DNA of 64,000 nt from Thermoplasmata archaeon (GCA_035656275.1 DASRSW010000076.1:12740-76739), one strand, 5' to 3'; counted from the stretch's first letter, positions 27,406 through 35,362 are shown. The notes: a model not told the origin generated them from the sequence alone. Made by a program: numbers and translations.

Positions 27406-27438
27406 CGTTTCACCTCGCGAAGTGCAGGTGAAACGATG
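27403..27438. promoter_or_regulatory. Palindromic element, copy 4
   Basis: CGTCGTTTCACCT, cgcgaagtgc, AGGTGAAACGATG. There is a single arm change, at the former start codon. Confidence 0.7.
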
Positions 27439-27684
27439 CGCGGTCAGGTCCGCGTCGACCGCACACGTGCGAGTGGTGCCCGCGCCCCTCTCGACGAGGC
27501 CTCTAAGGTATCGAAACAGGACTCATACCAGCCACGTCTCACCGAGGGAGCCCAGAACCCTCGGGACCTCGCGGAGGGCATGGGATTTGGTCTAGAGAAC
27601 TCGGTGAATGGAGGGGGATCCTACTCGACTAGTATCGAGGTCGATCCCCCTCGAGGAAGCGGTTCTTCTTTCTCGCCGGACACC

Positions 27685-27861
27685 CTACCAGCTTTGCTTC
27701 ACGAAAGCCGCGGCACTGGGTACCACGAGGGCTCTCCCTGGCTTGAGGTAGAAAACCACCTGTCCGCCTTCCTTCACGTTCAGGCTTCTCAGGACGCGTG
27801 CGGGCAGGTGAATCTTCCCTCCTCTCGTCACGGTGGCTGTCACAGGCTCATCGGGTTCCAT
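27685..27861 (-). CDS. AbrB/SpoVT-type (swapped-hairpin) DNA-binding protein, 58 aa (missed by the ORF track)
   Basis: My own translation is MEPDEPVTATVTRGGKIHLPARVLRSLNVKEGGQVVFYLKPGRALVVPSAAAFVKQSW*. The G-K-I-x-L-P...L.l..G..v pattern is typical of AbrB/MazE/VapB-type antitoxins. Confidence 0.6.
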   Translation of the reverse strand: MEPDEPVTATVTRGGKIHLPARVLRSLNVKEGGQVVFYLKPGRALVVPSAAAFVKQSW

Positions 27862-28022
27862 GCGCGCACAATGGAGGGGAGAGGACTAAATACCTACGTG
27901 CGAGCCGAAAAGGGCCATTGGGCGATGAGACTCTGTAGTCGGAATAGCGACAAACGCCTTATTAGGGCCACAGGGACTGGTAGTTCCGAAAGTTCCAAAG
28001 GTCTGGAACAGGGCATGGCATC

Positions 28023-28151
28023 ATGAGAGGAGTTCGGGGCTCGGTTCCCATCTCGGTGCTGGTCGTGATTTTCGTGGCAATCTTCCTCGCGATCGTGGTC
28101 CTGAGGCCCACGATCGACATCTCCGTCAGCTTTCCGCCTTGGTTTCCGTGA
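28023..28151 (+). CDS. Possible 42-aa single-TM peptide
   Basis: My own translation is MRGVRGSVPISVLVVIFVAIFLAIVVLRPTIDISVSFPPWFP*. It ends 13 nt before the ATG of 28165..28491. Confidence 0.3.
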   Translation: MRGVRGSVPISVLVVIFVAIFLAIVVLRPTIDISVSFPPWFP

Positions 28152-28164
28152 AGAGTGAGGGATA

Positions 28165-28491
28165 ATGGCGAGCCGTGCTACGTGGGGAATCGGTGGGGCG
28201 ATCGTGGGGGCTCTCGCCAATGAGCACCTCAGTGCCGTACCGCGTATCCGACAGGCGTTCCAACAGGGCCGCCTCGCTCGGGACGGAGAGCTTCAGCCGG
28301 TCATTGCACGACTTCAACAGGACAACGCCGCGCTGCGCGCTGAAGTCGCTCGTCTTCGGATCGCCGCCGAAGGCGATCGAGTGAAGATCGTTCAGCTCGT
28401 CGCTGGCGTCGCGGCGGCGATTCGATCCCGGCTACTCCCTACGGCGGTCGAGGGTGAGCTTCGCAAGGCCCTCCCTCCCGGCACCGGGTGA
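28165..28491 (+). CDS. Hypothetical coiled-coil protein
   Basis: Track ORF of 108 aa with a heptad-like segment, LQPVIARLQQDNAALRAEVARLRIAAEGD. Its 3' end overlaps the convergent 28432..28743 by 60 nt, so one of the two ends is uncertain. Confidence 0.4.
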   Translation: MASRATWGIGGAIVGALANEHLSAVPRIRQAFQQGRLARDGELQPVIARLQQDNAALRAEVARLRIAAEGDRVKIVQLVAGVAAAIRSRLLPTAVEGELRKALPPGTG

Positions 28492-28743
28492 CGGTCGTAA
28501 GGGACCTCCCCCGAGGGCTTTGTCTAGCCAGAGCAGGACTAAGCTGATGGCCACTACCACGCACCCCGCAACGTCTCCGGACTGTCCCTCGCTCGCGTTC
28601 TGAAGACCCTCTGCAGGAACAATCAGTCCGGGCCGGGGTCCTGGGCGTAGAACGTATATCGTGCCACCGCAGAATTCACTGACGGCGGCGCGAGACGGGC
28701 GACGCAGGCGGCCCGCCCGCCGCTCGACGAAGCGGGGGAGCAT
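28432..28743 (-). CDS. Hypothetical single-TM protein preceded by a degenerate copy of the palindromic leader
   Basis: Track ORF 28432..28854, with the ATG at 28743 (MLPRFVERRAG...) lying in the CAT arm of palindrome copy 5. The TM is VAGCVVVAISLVLLWL. Confidence 0.45.
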   Translation of the reverse strand: MLPRFVERRAGRLRRPSRAAVSEFCGGTIYVLRPGPRPGLIVPAEGLQNASEGQSGDVAGCVVVAISLVLLWLDKALGGGPLRPSPGAGREGLAKLTLDRRRE

Positions 28744-28775
28744 TTTCGCACCTCTCGAGTGAAAGTGGAACGATG
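28741..28775. promoter_or_regulatory. Palindromic element, copy 5 (degenerate)
   Basis: CATTTTCGCACCT, ctcgagtgaa, AGTGGAACGATG. It shows the same CAT...ATG symmetry in front of a gene unrelated to family A. Confidence 0.45.
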
Positions 28776-28826
28776 CGCAACCCCGCGCTAAGCCGAAAAC
28801 CCGTGCGAGACGGCTATCCGTCGGGT

Positions 28827-29033
28827 TCACCTCATCCTCATCAGTCGCTCCCACAGTTCCACCAATCTAGCGTCTGGCTTGCGAGCCTGTCCGAATTCGA
28901 GCGCTGTTTGGCAGAGTTCGCAGGCCCCACAGCTGCACTCCGCACCCCGACCCCCGATCTCAACAATGAGCCGACCGCTGGATTGGAGCCGAATTGCCTC
29001 GTACGCCAAGTCATGCACAGGACAAAGAGCCAT
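28827..29033 (-). CDS. Small Cys-rich (putative zinc-binding) protein
   Basis: Track ORF 28827..29090, with the ATG at 29033. The product is MALCPVHDLAYEAIRLQSSGRLIVEIGGRGAECSCGACELCQTALEF..., giving C-x2-H ... CSCGAC-x2-C. Confidence 0.4.
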   Translation of the reverse strand: MALCPVHDLAYEAIRLQSSGRLIVEIGGRGAECSCGACELCQTALEFGQARKPDARLVELWERLMRMR

Positions 29034-29470
29034 GCCCAAGGGGAAGGGGGGCTTCGGAGATGGTGTCATGCCGGGTGGTGTTGCGGCCACACTGTAAACA
29101 GCCGGGGGAGCCCCTCAGGACTCGGCAGTACTCTCTTCGCCGAAGTGCGAGGAGTCCTCCTACATGCGGCCGAAAACCTCGTCGATCGCGAGGCCCTTGG
29201 CGTGACGAAGGATCTTGTCTCTGTTGTCGAGCTCCGCGTGTATCCGACCCCCCGCCTCCTTCAACCTCTAGGACTGTTGTTCGAGCAGGTTCGCCCAACT
29301 CTCCCAGCCATCATGAACTTCTGCACCACCTCGCTCCGTTCGGCCATATCGACCGAATCCCGGCACGAGACACATTACCATTTCGAACCCCTCCTGCGTC
29401 CAGCGTCTTCTGCCGCCTCCCACGTTCCTCGCGAAGGTGGGAACGTGGCCACCGGTCGGACACTACCCTC

Positions 29471-29767
29471 CTATGGCGACCGGATGGGATGCCGACTTCG
29501 CCCCCATCGGACGAGACCGACGACCAAACCGGCGAGCGTGCTGCCGGCTCCGAGAATCCCGATGATACCCGCGACATTCAGTTCGGTGTTGCTCGCAAGA
29601 GTTACACACGTGTGGGGATTCGTCGAGTTCACCCGGCTGCACCGCTGAGAATTCTCGAGCGCGAGGGCGGTGACGCCATCGGCGCGGAGCACGGATCCCA
29701 GCCACAACAGGGTCAGCCCGAGCGCGATGAGAAAGACCGGGACGAGCCAGGGCGTTGGTGATCGCAC
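29471..29767 (-). CDS. Small 2-TM membrane protein
   Basis: Track ORF of 98 aa. TM segments are WLVPVFLIALGLTLLWLG and AGIIGILGAGSTLAGLVVGLV. Confidence 0.45.
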   Translation of the reverse strand: MRSPTPWLVPVFLIALGLTLLWLGSVLRADGVTALALENSQRCSRVNSTNPHTCVTLASNTELNVAGIIGILGAGSTLAGLVVGLVRWGRSRHPIRSP

Positions 29768-29906
29768 GAGACCCCAACCCGCCCCGCGGCCAAGAGTCTA
29801 GCGCCGGCCCCAGCCTGCCTCTTGGATTTGGGGACGTCAGCTGGTCCGTCCATCGTCATCTGGAAAGGGGGGAGTAAAGTAATGGGCTCGATTCAGTCCA
29901 AACGAA

Positions 29907-30071
29907 ATGCCCCGCCCCAAGAAGTCCCCGTCCCAGAAGCGTGCGGCGCTAGCAGTCTACCTTCCGCCGAAGCTGCTGAAGAAGCTCCAGAAGGTCGCGG
30001 ATCGGGAGTATCGGTCGACGTCAGCGCAGGCGCTGCTGTTCATCGAGAGGGCGCTGAAGAAGGACGGCTGA
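29907..30071 (+). CDS. Ribbon-helix-helix protein, 54 aa (missed by the ORF track); paralog of 11489..11656
   Basis: My own translation is MPRPKKSPSQKRAALAVYLPPKLLKKLQKVADREYRSTSAQALLFIERALKKDG*. Confidence 0.6.
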   Translation: MPRPKKSPSQKRAALAVYLPPKLLKKLQKVADREYRSTSAQALLFIERALKKDG

Positions 30072-30078
30072 CGCGTCG

Positions 30079-30570
30079 CTATCTTCCCATCTCCGCGACC
30101 CGTCGGATTAGGCTCGCGCCACCGACGTGACGGGGCTTCCAGAAGAAGATGTGAACCCCTCCGATCGACGCAAGCCACGCCCCTGGCATGAGCAGCCAGC
30201 CTGGCACGAACGAGGCCAGCACGGTTTCGGAGAATCCCGGCACGAAAGTCAGAATCCAGACTAGTGCTCCATCCAGCCGATGATCTTTCGGAGCGTGGCG
30301 AGCCAAGAACCCCAACGAGACCAAGATGGCGCCCACGCCCACCATGGTGAGCGAAAGAGAGAGTATCGAACCAGAGAAGAACAAATCAACCACGGGTAAA
30401 AATCGCCTGCCGTAGATTTCTAGTAAGATTCCCTGGAGCGCAAGTAGGACACCCCCCAGCGCGACGGCCAACGGCCCCCAGAATGGACCGTGGGCTTGTG
30501 AGCCATACTCACGAGGGTGAGGGATGTAAGACTGGCGCGGAGGTTTGGCACTATTCGGAGTGGTCGCCAC
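30079..30570 (-). CDS. Hypothetical 4-TM membrane protein
   Basis: Track ORF of 163 aa with four hydrophobic segments, for example PLAVALGGVLLALQGILL and ILSLSLTMVGVGAILVSLGFL. Confidence 0.6.
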   Translation of the reverse strand: MATTPNSAKPPRQSYIPHPREYGSQAHGPFWGPLAVALGGVLLALQGILLEIYGRRFLPVVDLFFSGSILSLSLTMVGVGAILVSLGFLARHAPKDHRLDGALVWILTFVPGFSETVLASFVPGWLLMPGAWLASIGGVHIFFWKPRHVGGASLIRRVAEMGR

Positions 30571-30585
30571 CGACGGTATCTGCTC

Positions 30586-31200
30586 CTAGACGAATCGTTT
30601 CGAGGCAAAATCGACACTGGGATCGAAGCCGCCCATTCCAGAGAGTTGTGACTGATCGATGCGGTGAGAAGTATTCGATGAGCTCCGGCTCGCTTGATCA
30701 ACCTCAGTTACGGTCACGACGTTGGCCAGCAGAATCGGAGTCGACGTGAGAGTCACACGGACACCTGGTTCTCTCAATAAAGTTCGTCGGCGACGGATAT
30801 TTCGATCCCACCGAGTGCGAGGATTTGTGACCCCCCGCTCCCAGACCTCTTTGACGGCTTCAGTAGCCTTGTCGATGGGATTTGTCCTCTCGAACTCGAG
30901 TTGAGCTGCGCGGACGGCGGCGTCCATACGGGCAATCTCATTGCTCTCGGCTTGGAGGCGGAGGCTCTGCCGGAACGCTTCCAACTGCCGTGACTGGGCA
31001 GCTAACATGTCTCGGAGCGCCGAAACGAGGTTCCCAAGCGCGTCGACTTTGGCTGCCTCCGTCTTGAGTTGCTCTGTCGCGGCGGCGAGCTGCGCCTCGG
31101 CGGCCCTGAGTTGACCGCGCTGAATCCACACACCGTAGCCGGCGATTCCGCCGGCTGCTAGACCAGCGATCGCGACGGCCAAGGAGATGGGATCTACCAT
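30586..31200 (-). CDS. Membrane-anchored coiled-coil protein
   Basis: Track ORF of 204 aa. The N-terminal TM is ISLAVAIAGLAAGGIAGYGVW, followed by a long Ala/Gln/Leu heptad region. Confidence 0.6.
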   Translation of the reverse strand: MVDPISLAVAIAGLAAGGIAGYGVWIQRGQLRAAEAQLAAATEQLKTEAAKVDALGNLVSALRDMLAAQSRQLEAFRQSLRLQAESNEIARMDAAVRAAQLEFERTNPIDKATEAVKEVWERGVTNPRTRWDRNIRRRRTLLREPGVRVTLTSTPILLANVVTVTEVDQASRSSSNTSHRIDQSQLSGMGGFDPSVDFASKRFV

Positions 31201-31573
31201 CTTGTATCGCCCGGGACCTCACCATGAGTGATAAAGTGAGTCGTTCGGCGTCGGGCGCCAACTCCCGCCGAAAGGGCTCGCGAAGTCCCCACGGGGCGCC
31301 AAGCGGGAGTACCGGTCCGCGTCCGTGCACGCGCTGATGCTCCACGAAAGGGCGCTTGATCGAGGGCGCGGGTAGCTCGTCGCTTAGCGTTGCGTATTCT
31401 GGAGCCGAGCCGGCGGCCATTTTTCAAGCGTCGGCGAGTACAAAATCGCGGTCGTCGATCCACTCCTCGAGTGACCTCGGAGCGCGGTCGATCCAAGTGG
31501 GGATAGGGTTTGTCGAGTCTGCCTGAGGTGGAAAGATTCAATATTCCAGCACATATTCTCGGCACTGAGCTAC

Positions 31574-32446
31574 ATGTCGGGTTCCGAGACGCTTACCGAA
31601 GTCGCGGTTAGGAAGTATCTTTCGAAGTCGGATCTTCAGGCGATACTATCCTCGACCAATCGAGCCACGAGTGGCCCGAAGGAGGATCTTGCCGAGCGCG
31701 TACTCTCAGACACCGGCCTCGATCTTCCGGCCCTCTTTGGGAGAGTACCGCTGGAGGATCTGAAGAAGTTGCTGCGTGAGCTCGACATTCCGGGGCCGAA
31801 GGAGAAGGGCTTCTTCCAACTCTCGGCGACCGAGGCGCTGAAGGGTGAGCGGGGTCGACTTGTCGATTACATTGTCGAGAAGGCCAAGGAGCAGGGTTAC
31901 ACTTCGAAGCCGGTTGCCTCTAAGTCAGCGGCGGTTCCATCACCGACCCCACCGGTTCCATCGCAAGGACCACCGCGTGCGCCGCCTGAACCGCCAGCCA
32001 CACCCCCGGTAGCCGTAACCGTAAGAGTTCAAGCCGAGGCGGTGAACGCGAGCTCGGCCCCGCCTTCATTCGAGGCTGTCAATTCGTTCATTCAAGAGTA
32101 CAGCTTTCCTTTCACTTGGGAAGATGAGACCTACTACGAAGCTGAGTTGTTGGGTGCGCTCCGGACGAGGTTCGGAGAGTCGAACGTCAGTCGTCAGCAG
32201 CCCGATGGTGGGAAGCGTTACGACATTGTCGTCAAGGGAGCGGCCAGGATTGAACTGAAACTGCCGAGCGGGACCAATGCAAAAGCTGAACTCGATCGAA
32301 TGGAGACTCAGGTACAGCGGTACATCGACTCAGGTGGGCTCCGTGTAATCGTAGTCATCTTCATGCATGAGGTGAAGAATCGACAGGACATCTTCGACCG
32401 TCGCACCCGAATGCAGCAACGCGGAGCGACAGTGCTCCTGAAGTAA
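31574..32446 (+). CDS. SAP-motif protein with a C-terminal PD-(D/E)xK nuclease-like domain
   Basis: Track ORF of 290 aa. The N-terminus carries SAP-like helix-extension-helix motifs (LSKSDLQAILSSTNRATSGPKEDLAERVL and LEDLKKLLRELDIPG), followed by a Pro-rich linker. The C-terminus reads YYEAELLGALRTRFG...KRYDIVVKGAARIELKL, giving E...D...ExK spacing. Confidence 0.7.
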   Translation: MSGSETLTEVAVRKYLSKSDLQAILSSTNRATSGPKEDLAERVLSDTGLDLPALFGRVPLEDLKKLLRELDIPGPKEKGFFQLSATEALKGERGRLVDYIVEKAKEQGYTSKPVASKSAAVPSPTPPVPSQGPPRAPPEPPATPPVAVTVRVQAEAVNASSAPPSFEAVNSFIQEYSFPFTWEDETYYEAELLGALRTRFGESNVSRQQPDGGKRYDIVVKGAARIELKLPSGTNAKAELDRMETQVQRYIDSGGLRVIVVIFMHEVKNRQDIFDRRTRMQQRGATVLLK

Positions 32447-32516
32447 GTCGTACGGTTCAGGACCGCGTCGGGGCCTCCCCCGCTGAGGGATGGCCCCTGC
32501 GCCCACTTTCCACGAT

Positions 32517-32541
32517 ATTCGAACCCCCGGGGGGTTCGAAT
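32517..32541. repeat. 25-nt near-perfect palindrome built from tRNA T-loop-like GGGGGTTCGAAT units
   Basis: attcgaaccccc g gggggttcgaat. It lies in apparently non-coding DNA downstream of the nuclease gene. Confidence 0.5.
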
Positions 32542-32612
32542 TCCCCCCACGACACCCACGCCCGAATCGCCTTCCGACGCAGCAGAAAACGCATGGATTT
32601 GAACCAACTTTA

Positions 32613-32634
32613 GTTCGAATCCCGCCGGGAGCAC
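32613..32634 (+). other. tRNA 3'-end-like fragment (T-loop, T-stem 3' half, acceptor 3' strand) without a matching 5' half
   Basis: GTTCGAATCCCGCCGGGAGCAC. The upstream 5 nt do not pair with CCCGC, so this is not an intact tRNA. A third T-loop-like GGTTCAAATCC lies on the minus strand at 32595-32605. Confidence 0.3.
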
Positions 32635-33129
32635 TTTCCCCAATATTCGGACCGCTGGGCGTGCCGAATCCGTCCCGGCCCATCATGCGGGACGGTCTGA
32701 GTTTCCAGCTACTAGGTGATTCTGGAACGCTCTCGATCCTCGCAAAGTTTCGAAGACGCGGGGAGCCATACGTGGTACAGGACCCTGCAGGGAGGTTCCG
32801 AGGACAAGGCCCGTTCACCGCAGTGCCATTACCCCCCTAGGTCGGCTCGATTGTACCCCTGCCTCCTCGACCTACTCGGACTCGACTTGGCTCGCGATTG
32901 CCACGGGGCGACTACCCGGGACCACAATGATGCACGGTTCGTACTCCATCCGAATTCCCTGAGCGAAACCCGGATGGGTCGGACGTTCGCTAGCATGTGG
33001 GCACAGAATGGACGGGTCCGGAGGGGGAGTGGCCAAGTCCACCTCTACCGCATCGCTTCGCTCGTTCCGCACTAGATGCTCAAGTACCGCCGAACCGGTC
33101 GTCGTTCACACCGCCGGGGCGAAATACGC

Positions 33130-33603
33130 ATGTCGTCCAGAATCAACGCGGAGCTCCCGCCTCGCCGCTCCACGCGAGTCAGCCGTCGTTCCGTTATCGT
33201 GTGGTCCACCGCCATCGCGGCGTCTCTATCAGCCGCTTTCCTGGTCCCGATCGTGCCAACCACCCAGTCAGGCGTGGCTTGGAGCTACGTGAACTGCATC
33301 TACTGTCCCGCGCAATCGGGAATCTCAGACGTCTCAGTGCCCATTGGATCCTTGGTCCATCTGACCTGGGCCGAGACACACAACGTGAATGTGCGATTCC
33401 TGGTCTACCAGCAATGGCCCGGAGGGCTCGTGTACATGTGGGACAACGCGACGGCGGGCGACCTCGTGTTTCTCGCGGCGGGCGCGGTCTACACCCTATC
33501 GATCGGCGAACCACTCGGACCCGGGCCGGGCGTCCCCGTCGGTTTCTCGATGATCCAAGCGAACTGGACTATCCAATACGCGAGCCCACTCATCTGGGTG
33601 TGA
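33130..33603 (+). CDS. Secreted or membrane-anchored hypothetical protein
   Basis: Track ORF 33076..33603, with the ATG at 33130. The anchor is VIVWSTAIAASLSAAFLV. Confidence 0.55.
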   Translation: MSSRINAELPPRRSTRVSRRSVIVWSTAIAASLSAAFLVPIVPTTQSGVAWSYVNCIYCPAQSGISDVSVPIGSLVHLTWAETHNVNVRFLVYQQWPGGLVYMWDNATAGDLVFLAAGAVYTLSIGEPLGPGPGVPVGFSMIQANWTIQYASPLIWV

Positions 33604-33645
33604 GGGGAACCTCCGTCGCGCGTGGGGAGGAGGGGAGCGACTGCC

Positions 33646-34125
33646 CTAGCCCTCGGCGGGTTGCCCGCCGCGGTACCGCTTCTCGATGGCCAGCACGAGC
33701 TCATCCCAGTACTCACTCGAATGACGAAGCCAGTCGCTCTTTTTGGGGAACTTCGGAACCAACCACCGTTCGACTATGACCAGGCTGATTCGGGTCTTCT
33801 TCGGACCCAGCGGTGTAAGTCTGTAATCGATAGCGTCGAGATCAGTCTCACCGATCGTGTCCTTGTGCCAAGCGTTCGGCGGGCTCAGTCGAACAAGTTC
33901 GACCGCCATCCGGGGACTTTCGACTCCGCTGCCGGCGACCTTTACACGAACTAGACGCCGGGGGCCCACAGTTACGACTCGATGCCTCGGTTTGGACTTC
34001 TCGAACTTTCGGTCATCCGGCCGGAAGTCGGTGCACCAGTCGTATACGTACCGGAGGGGGGCGTCGACGATCTTAGAGAATCTGCCAACGTGCGTTGCGA
34101 AGATCCGCGCTCTTTTCCCCGACAT
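33646..34125 (-). CDS. SRPBCC (START/polyketide-cyclase-like) family protein
   Basis: Track ORF of 159 aa. Size and pattern are typical of SRPBCC, including APLRYVYDWCTDFRPDD near the N-terminus. Confidence 0.6.
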   Translation of the reverse strand: MSGKRARIFATHVGRFSKIVDAPLRYVYDWCTDFRPDDRKFEKSKPRHRVVTVGPRRLVRVKVAGSGVESPRMAVELVRLSPPNAWHKDTIGETDLDAIDYRLTPLGPKKTRISLVIVERWLVPKFPKKSDWLRHSSEYWDELVLAIEKRYRGGQPAEG

Positions 34126-34413
34126 GGGATGTGCCCGGGCCCCATTGGTTCAGTGCTTGATAATCGTTGAACCAGGACCCGTACGACCGACTCGACCCTC
34201 AGACCCAAGTGGAGCTTGGGCCAAGTAGTGGGACGTCCCCCCTCACGAAGACCCGATGCCCCCTGCACTGGCTGAGGCGGGTAGGTGGGTTTGATCGAGA
34301 GCTACCCGCGTCCCCGAACCGAAGACGCGGGCGAAGGGAATGCCCGAGCCTAAGTGGGAGGCCGCCACCGCGCGAACTTAATGAGGGACGCGCGCGGTCG
34401 AGGGGCGACCGCG

Positions 34414-34815
34414 ATGAGCGCGCGCAGTGAAGACAGCTCGCCCACGGCCGTCGCCCACCCCGGGACTCCGACGGATCACCTTGCAAACGAACGCACCTTC
34501 CTCGCGTGGGTACGGACAGCCATCACGATCATGGCGCTCGGGTTTGTCGTGGCCAAGTTCGGCCTCCTCATCCGCGAACTTTCCGGTACCTCCCCCGGGG
34601 GCCTCGTATCCGCTCCCATATCCGAAGCCACGGGAGTTCTCCTCGTCCTCGCCGGAGCCACTCTCCTAATCCTGTCGTTCGTCCGATTCCGCGTCACCCG
34701 GGATGATCTCGTCGCGGGGCGATATCGAGTCCGCACCGGATTGGAGTGGGCTCTCACGCTCACGATGGTGGCCATCGCGGTCGGGCTTGCGGCCTACCTC
34801 GTGAGCACGGGTTGA
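34414..34815 (+). CDS. DUF202 (YidH-like) membrane protein
   Basis: Track ORF 34354..34815, with the ATG at 34414. It has the hallmark LANERTFLAWVRT followed by three TM helices. Confidence 0.75.
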   Translation: MSARSEDSSPTAVAHPGTPTDHLANERTFLAWVRTAITIMALGFVVAKFGLLIRELSGTSPGGLVSAPISEATGVLLVLAGATLLILSFVRFRVTRDDLVAGRYRVRTGLEWALTLTMVAIAVGLAAYLVSTG

Positions 34816-35008
34816 ACCTTCACCCGGACCTCCCACGGTCTCCGGAGCGTGATCGTTACTGAACGACCGCGGACGGCGACCGGAGCGTGCGCGAGCCGGC
34901 TCGAGCTCCGTGCCGAAACAATGATCGCGCGGGTGGTACCGACGTAGGCGAACCGCGCCCGGACCAACCGAACATCCGACGCCATCGACCGTTCGGGACG
35001 GCTCGCCG

Positions 35009-35362
35009 TTACGTGGAGTCCTTGATCAACGCACCGTACGACGTCTTGCGCTTGATCTTCCCGTTCTCGAGCTCGAAGATGTTGCAGAACTGGACATCGA
35101 ACTTCCTCCCATCCCTTTTCGTCACGTGAGCGACGCCTTCCACCGCCACGAGATTGCCGTCCTCGATGACTCGCTGGATATCGTCCCGAAGTTCGTCCTC
35201 GCCAAAGCTCTGGATGAACGCGGCCCTGCCCCGGGTTCGCACTCCCCCGGGTGGCACCCCGTCCGCCCACTCGACCCACTCAAAGTCGTCGGAGAGTAAC
35301 TCGGCGGCCTTGGAAGGCTTGGCCGCCATATGAGTCTCGACCAGCTTCTTGTTCAGGCTCAT
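35009..35362 (-). CDS. SnoaL/NTF2-like fold protein
   Basis: Track ORF 35009..35665, with the ATG at 35362 (MSLNKKLVETHMAA...) giving 117 aa. The pattern DDFEWVEW...GNLVAVEGVAHVTKRDGRKFDVQFCNIFELENGKI fits the fold. Confidence 0.65.
   Translation of the reverse strand: MSLNKKLVETHMAAKPSKAAELLSDDFEWVEWADGVPPGGVRTRGRAAFIQSFGEDELRDDIQRVIEDGNLVAVEGVAHVTKRDGRKFDVQFCNIFELENGKIKRKTSYGALIKDST

Noticed and set aside
29100-29300. A minus-strand frame reading ...DGWESWANLLEQQS-TAG-RLKEAGGRIHAELDNRDKILRHAKGLAIDEVFGRM, considered as a possible amber read-through (pyrrolysine-style) or a pseudogene
   Set aside because: The coding-looking stretch is only ~35-50 aa, with no recognisable family and no Pyl machinery in the window. 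A chance open frame in GC-rich DNA is the simpler explanation.
27436-29648. ORFs 27436..28026 (196 aa) and 28773..29648 (291 aa), which start exactly at the plus-strand ATG of palindrome copies
   Set aside because: The ATG is an automatic consequence of the palindrome's symmetry. Both products have non-coding-like Arg/Ser/Pro/Gly-rich composition. They overlap better-supported small genes on the other strand, and the equivalent ATGs at the other copies open an 11-codon ORF or an out-of-frame ORF.
30938-31565. ORFs 30938..31420 (minus, 160 aa) and 31194..31565 (minus, 123 aa) upstream of the coiled-coil gene
   Set aside because: Both overlap the better-supported 30586..31200 gene or each other in different frames. 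They have Arg-rich, low-complexity products, and no independent support is visible.
32448-32556. A possible complete (intron-containing) tRNA ending in GGGGGTTCGAATTCCCC-CCACGAC-A
   Set aside because: The candidate 5' acceptor strand (gtcgtac) pairs at only 5 of 7 positions. No D-arm or anticodon arm could be folded, and G53 would face T61. I therefore kept it only as a T-arm-like fragment and palindrome.
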